Assembly (NCBI GenBank): GCA_031763465.1
Contig: JARFOE010451567.1
Location: 1-37,443, forward strand
DNA: 37,443 nt
Reading direction: 5' to 3'
Source: Squatina squatina
Lineage: Eukaryota
Shown here: piece after piece, positions 33,740 through 37,443 of the stretch
How the letters are laid out: each line of letters opens with the position of its first letter
Numbering within the stretch: the stretch's first letter is position 1
Notes under the pieces: model-generated
Seen by the model: the letters and a program-made list of their open reading frames with translations, nothing else
What the model was told of the DNA's origin: nothing
Databases searched by the model: none
Program-made: the position numbers and the translations under genes

Positions 33740-35022
33740 CATAAGTGGAGCAGGAAGATCCCAGTCACCGTGCCGGGCCTGTGCCCAGTGCACTGCCCTC
33801 TTTCACCTGGTGTGACACTGAGCCCCAAACAGAGCAGGAAGTTCCCAGGCTTCATGTGTGGGCGGTGCCCCCTGAGTAGCCCTCCTCACCAGGTGGGATA
33901 CTGAAACCGACGTTTGGGATAGGAAGAGGCCAGGCTCCAAACCCGGCCTGTGGCTAGTGAGCTGCCTTCTCTCACCCCGTGTGGTACTGAGCACCACACT
34001 CAGAGCAGGAATATCCCAGGCACTATGCCCGGCCTGTGCTCAGTAAGATTCCCTCCGTTATGTGGTGTGGTGCAGAGCCGCAGGCACTGAGTAGGAATTT
34101 CCCAGGATCCTTGCCCCACATGCATCAAAAGGGAGGCCCTCACCCAGGTTGGTACTGACCCCTACACATAGAGAGCAGGAAGATCCCAGCTCCATGCTGA
34201 GCCTGTAACAAGTGATCTGCCCTCTCTCATCTAGGTTTGTCCTGAGCCCCACACACACAGAGCAGGAAGATCCCAGGCTCCATGACTGGCAAGTGCCCAG
34301 TGAGCAGCCCTTTCTCATCCTGTGTTTTACAGAGCCCCAGACACGGGGCTGGAAGAGCCCAGGGTCCATGTCCTGCCTAGGTCCAGAGAGATGCCCTTGC
34401 TCAGGGTGAATGAGCTCCACCCATAAGGCACATGAAGAATACTGGCAAGTGCCCACTGGGCTGCCATCTCTCATCCAGTGTGGTACTGATCCTGACACCC
34501 GCGGCAGAGATTTCCCAGGCTACATGCCCGGCCTATGCCCAGTGAGCTGTCATCTCTCACCCGGTGTGGGACTCAGCCCCACACATAGAGCGCAGGAAGA
34601 TCCCAGGCTTAAGCCGGTCTGTACCCAGTGTGCTGTCTTCTCTCTTGCTGTGGTACTGCACACAACTCACAGCCCAGGAGGATTCCAGGTTCCATGCCCC
34701 GCAATGTGCCATGAGATCCCCTCACTCAATGCGGTACTGAGCTCCACACACACAGAGCAGAACGTTCCCAGCCTCCATTCCTGTCCTGTGCCAAGTGTGT
34801 GCTCTCTGTCAACCAGCGCGTTGCCCCACAAACAGAGCACAGCAATATCCCAGACTCAGTGACCAGCCAGAGCCCAATTAGCTTCCCTCTCTCACCCGCT
34901 GTAGTACTGAGACCAACACAGGTTGCAGAAACATTACAAATTCTATATCCGTCCTTTGCCCAGTGAGCCGCACTCTCTGACCCAGTGTGGTACTAAGCCC
35001 CACACAGAGCAAGAAAGTACCA
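33740..35022 (-). repeat. 86-bp satellite, reverse orientation
   Basis: gagcaggaagatcccaggctccatg...gtgcccagtgagc.gccctctctcacc units. Confidence 0.93.
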
Positions 35023-35024
35023 GG

Positions 35025-35488
35025 TGGTGTTCTGGAATCAAAAGACTGGGAAGCAATCACAATTCTTAATTACATTATAAATCCGGGGGCCCATTGTTCT
35101 CATTCTGCTGCTCAGTGTCTTAACAATCAGGCACATGTTGCTGCTAGCAGAGACTGAACGAGACACCGGGATCACAGCAGGGGGAAAATCCCAGAGACCC
35201 AAAGATGGAGAGCTGAAGTCAATCCATCATTTTCTTTTTCTTGTCTCTGGGAATGACATACTGTTATGAACTGTGTATATCCTCTTTCTCCTAAGTGAAT
35301 TAATGAGGCTTTTGTGGCATGTGTCTGTATCACTACATTATTTTGGGAAAGACATGAGTTTCATGCTCCAGCTCCTGAGTTGCTGCAGAAACATCTGCAT
35401 TTGTGCCATTACCCAGTCGAAGTTCAGAGAGCAGTTAAAGAATATGGTGAAATATCAATTTACTGTAATTGAAAAATACATTAATTGA
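35025..35488 (+). pseudogene. GPR139-like GPCR pseudogene, ECL2/TM5 to stop
   Basis: WEAITILNYIINP..PIVLILLLSVLTIRHML...DPKMES*SQSIIFFFLVSGNDILL*TVYILFLL...MSFMLQLLSCCRNICICAITQSKFREQLKNMVKYQFTVIEKYIN*. Contains stops and frameshifts. Confidence 0.88.
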
Positions 35489-35990
35489 TGAGCACACTGA
35501 AGTCTTTGCAGCAACAGAACTAATTTCCACCTCAGATTCTCACCGGCCCACTCTCCGCTGCCATCCCAGTGATGTCGGTTAATATTAATGCACTAACTGA
35601 CACACTGTCTACATCATAATCCGCCACCAGGGCCACGCTGCCTTCTTTAAAACGCTCCCACTGATCTCAGGAATATTAACACACTGACAAATACCACAGG
35701 CAGGTGAAGATCAATTGACTCACTGAATCACTGTGTCTGCCTACTGGACCACCAAAGGCTGACAGCAGGCAATAAAACACTCCCACTGACACTCGGCTGA
35801 ACGAAACACGCTGTGTTCTATAAACTGAATCAGAGAACACCTTGAACACAATCTAGCACCAACAGATCCATTCTTTGTGCAAACAAATTCTCGCACGAAT
35901 ACACAATAAATATGAACACATATAAAGAGACATATTTTTTCATAGTAGCACACTGTCATGTGTTCCGTTGGATATATCACACTCACTCTA
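35489..35990 (+). repeat. Duplicated GPCR 3' flank, copy 3
   Basis: Reverse complement of 5285-5806 and 20613-21115. Contains AATAAA at about 35771 and 35905. Confidence 0.85.
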
Positions 35991-36520
35991 TTGCTTCGCT
36001 CCTCTCCCTCTTGCTCTCTCACGCACACACGCTCACTCTCTCGCCTGGCCTGCCTCACCTTACACACTCGTCTCTCTAACACACACACTCACTCAAACTC
36101 CTGCTCTCAAATAATCTTCATTGTTANNNNNNNNNNNNNNNNNNNNNNNNNNNNNNNNNNNNNNNNNNNNNNNNNNNNNNNNNNNNNNNNNNNNNNNNNN
36201 NNNNNNNNNNNNNNNNNNNNNNNNNNNNNNNNNNNNNNNNNNNNNNNNNNNNNNNNNNNNNNNNNNNNNNNNNNNNNNNNNNNNNNNNNNNNNNNNCTCC
36301 CTCACTCTCTTTCACCCTCTCGCTTGGTCTGCCTCGCTCTCTTTCTACCTTGCTGACACTCTCTCTCTCAACCCTCCTGCCTCACCTCCCTTTCTCACGT
36401 TATCTCTACCGACTGGCGTCCCTCACATGCCTCTTTCCGTTTCTCTCTCTCAATCACTCTCTCGCTTCGCCTGCCTCACCTCATTCGCTCCCTCTCGCAG
36501 ATGCTCACTCTCTCACCTGG
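35990..36520 (+). repeat. CT-rich low-complexity tract (CTCTCGCCTGGCCTGCCTCAC motif) containing a gap
   Basis: Reverse counterpart of 19597-20612. Confidence 0.9.
36127..36296. other. Assembly gap (170 N)
   Basis: Run of N. Confidence 1.
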
Positions 36521-36524
36521 TCTG

Positions 36525-37443
36525 CGTGGAATAAGGAAATGACAGAGAAATTAAACAAATACTTTGTGTCTGTCTTCACAGAGGAAGACACAAAGTCCAG
36601 AAATACTGAAGAATCAAGGGTCTAGCGAGGATCACGAACTGGATGAAATTATTATCATTAAGAAAATAGTACTCGATAAATCAATGGGACTGAAAGTCGA
36701 AAAACCCAAGGACCTGACGATCTACATCCAGGCATTTTGAACGTTGCAGTGATATTAATAGTGGATGCATTGTTTATCATCTTCCAAAATACTTTAGATT
36801 CAAGAATGGTTCCTGCAGTTGGAGAGCAGAAAACGTAATCCTAACTAATTACGAAAGAAGGGAGAGAGAAAACAAGTAATAACAGACCTATTAGCCTCAT
36901 ATCAGCAGTCGGGAAAATGCGAGAATCTATCATGAAGGATGTGATGACATTTAGATAATAAAATGATTGGGCAGGGTCGCCATGGAGTCCTGAAAGCGAA
37001 ATCAGGTTTGACAAATCTTTTTGAGTTCTTTGAAGATTAATCTTGCAGAATAGATAGTGGATGTGATGTATTTCAATTTTCAGAAGGCATTCAATAATGT
37101 CCAACACAGAAGTTTGGCCAAGTAACTTACAGTACAAGGAATTGGTGGGAATATACTGACATCCATTGGGAATTGTTTAGCAGACTGAAATCAGAGAGAA
37201 GGAATAAACAGGGATTTTTTCAAGATGGCAGTTTTTAGCGATTGGCTTTCCACAGCTATTCGCAATCTACATCAATGATTTGGATGAGGGACCCAAATGT
37301 AATCTTTCGAATTTTGCTGACGATACAAAACTTGTTGTTAATTTCAGAATTGAGGAAGATGCAAAACTGTTTCAAGGGGATATAGACAGGCTGTGCGAGT
37401 GTGAAAGATAGAAAGTCACTTGGGAAGATGTGCAGTTATCCAC
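36525..37443 (+). mobile_element. Decayed CR1 ORF2 RT fragment running off the window end
   Basis: NKEMTEKLNKYFVSVFTEED...GPDDLHP..L...RPISLISAVGKM.ESI...FQKAFN...IYINDLDEG.KCN.SNFADDTKL. Confidence 0.92.

Noticed and set aside
12266-35488. One functional plus-strand GPCR spliced from 12266-12722 and 35025-35488
   Set aside because: Both parts carry stops and frameshifts, they belong to a single exon in the ancestral structure, and no splice sites are seen at the breaks. Orthology to GPR139 itself cannot be shown, so no gene symbol is given.

Overview
Vertebrate, repeat-dominated DNA with no intact protein-coding gene. It is most likely cartilaginous fish, inferred from the CR1/HER1-type LINE tails and the GPR139-like receptor family. 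The window is a mosaic of: (i) an ~86-bp satellite (+ orientation over 561-8590, - orientation over 13880-17725 and 33740-35022); (ii) an ~8.6-kb array of a 62-bp satellite with higher-order structure (25035-33603); (iii) many CR1 and L2 LINE fragments, some nested; (iv) five fragments, representing four copies, of a decayed GPR139-like class A GPCR exon, carried in a segmentally duplicated and inverted cassette (GPCR exon, 3' flank, CT-rich tract, LINE mosaic, satellite); (v) an orphan TATA promoter with a signal-peptide first exon, facing a decayed antisense exon that encodes eight 13-aa Ser/Pro repeats; and (vi) a probable central fragment of a PIF/Harbinger transposon. Two assembly gaps are present. 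Nearly all ORFs in the ORF track are by-products of satellites or LINE decay. All boundaries were read by eye and are approximate unless stated otherwise.
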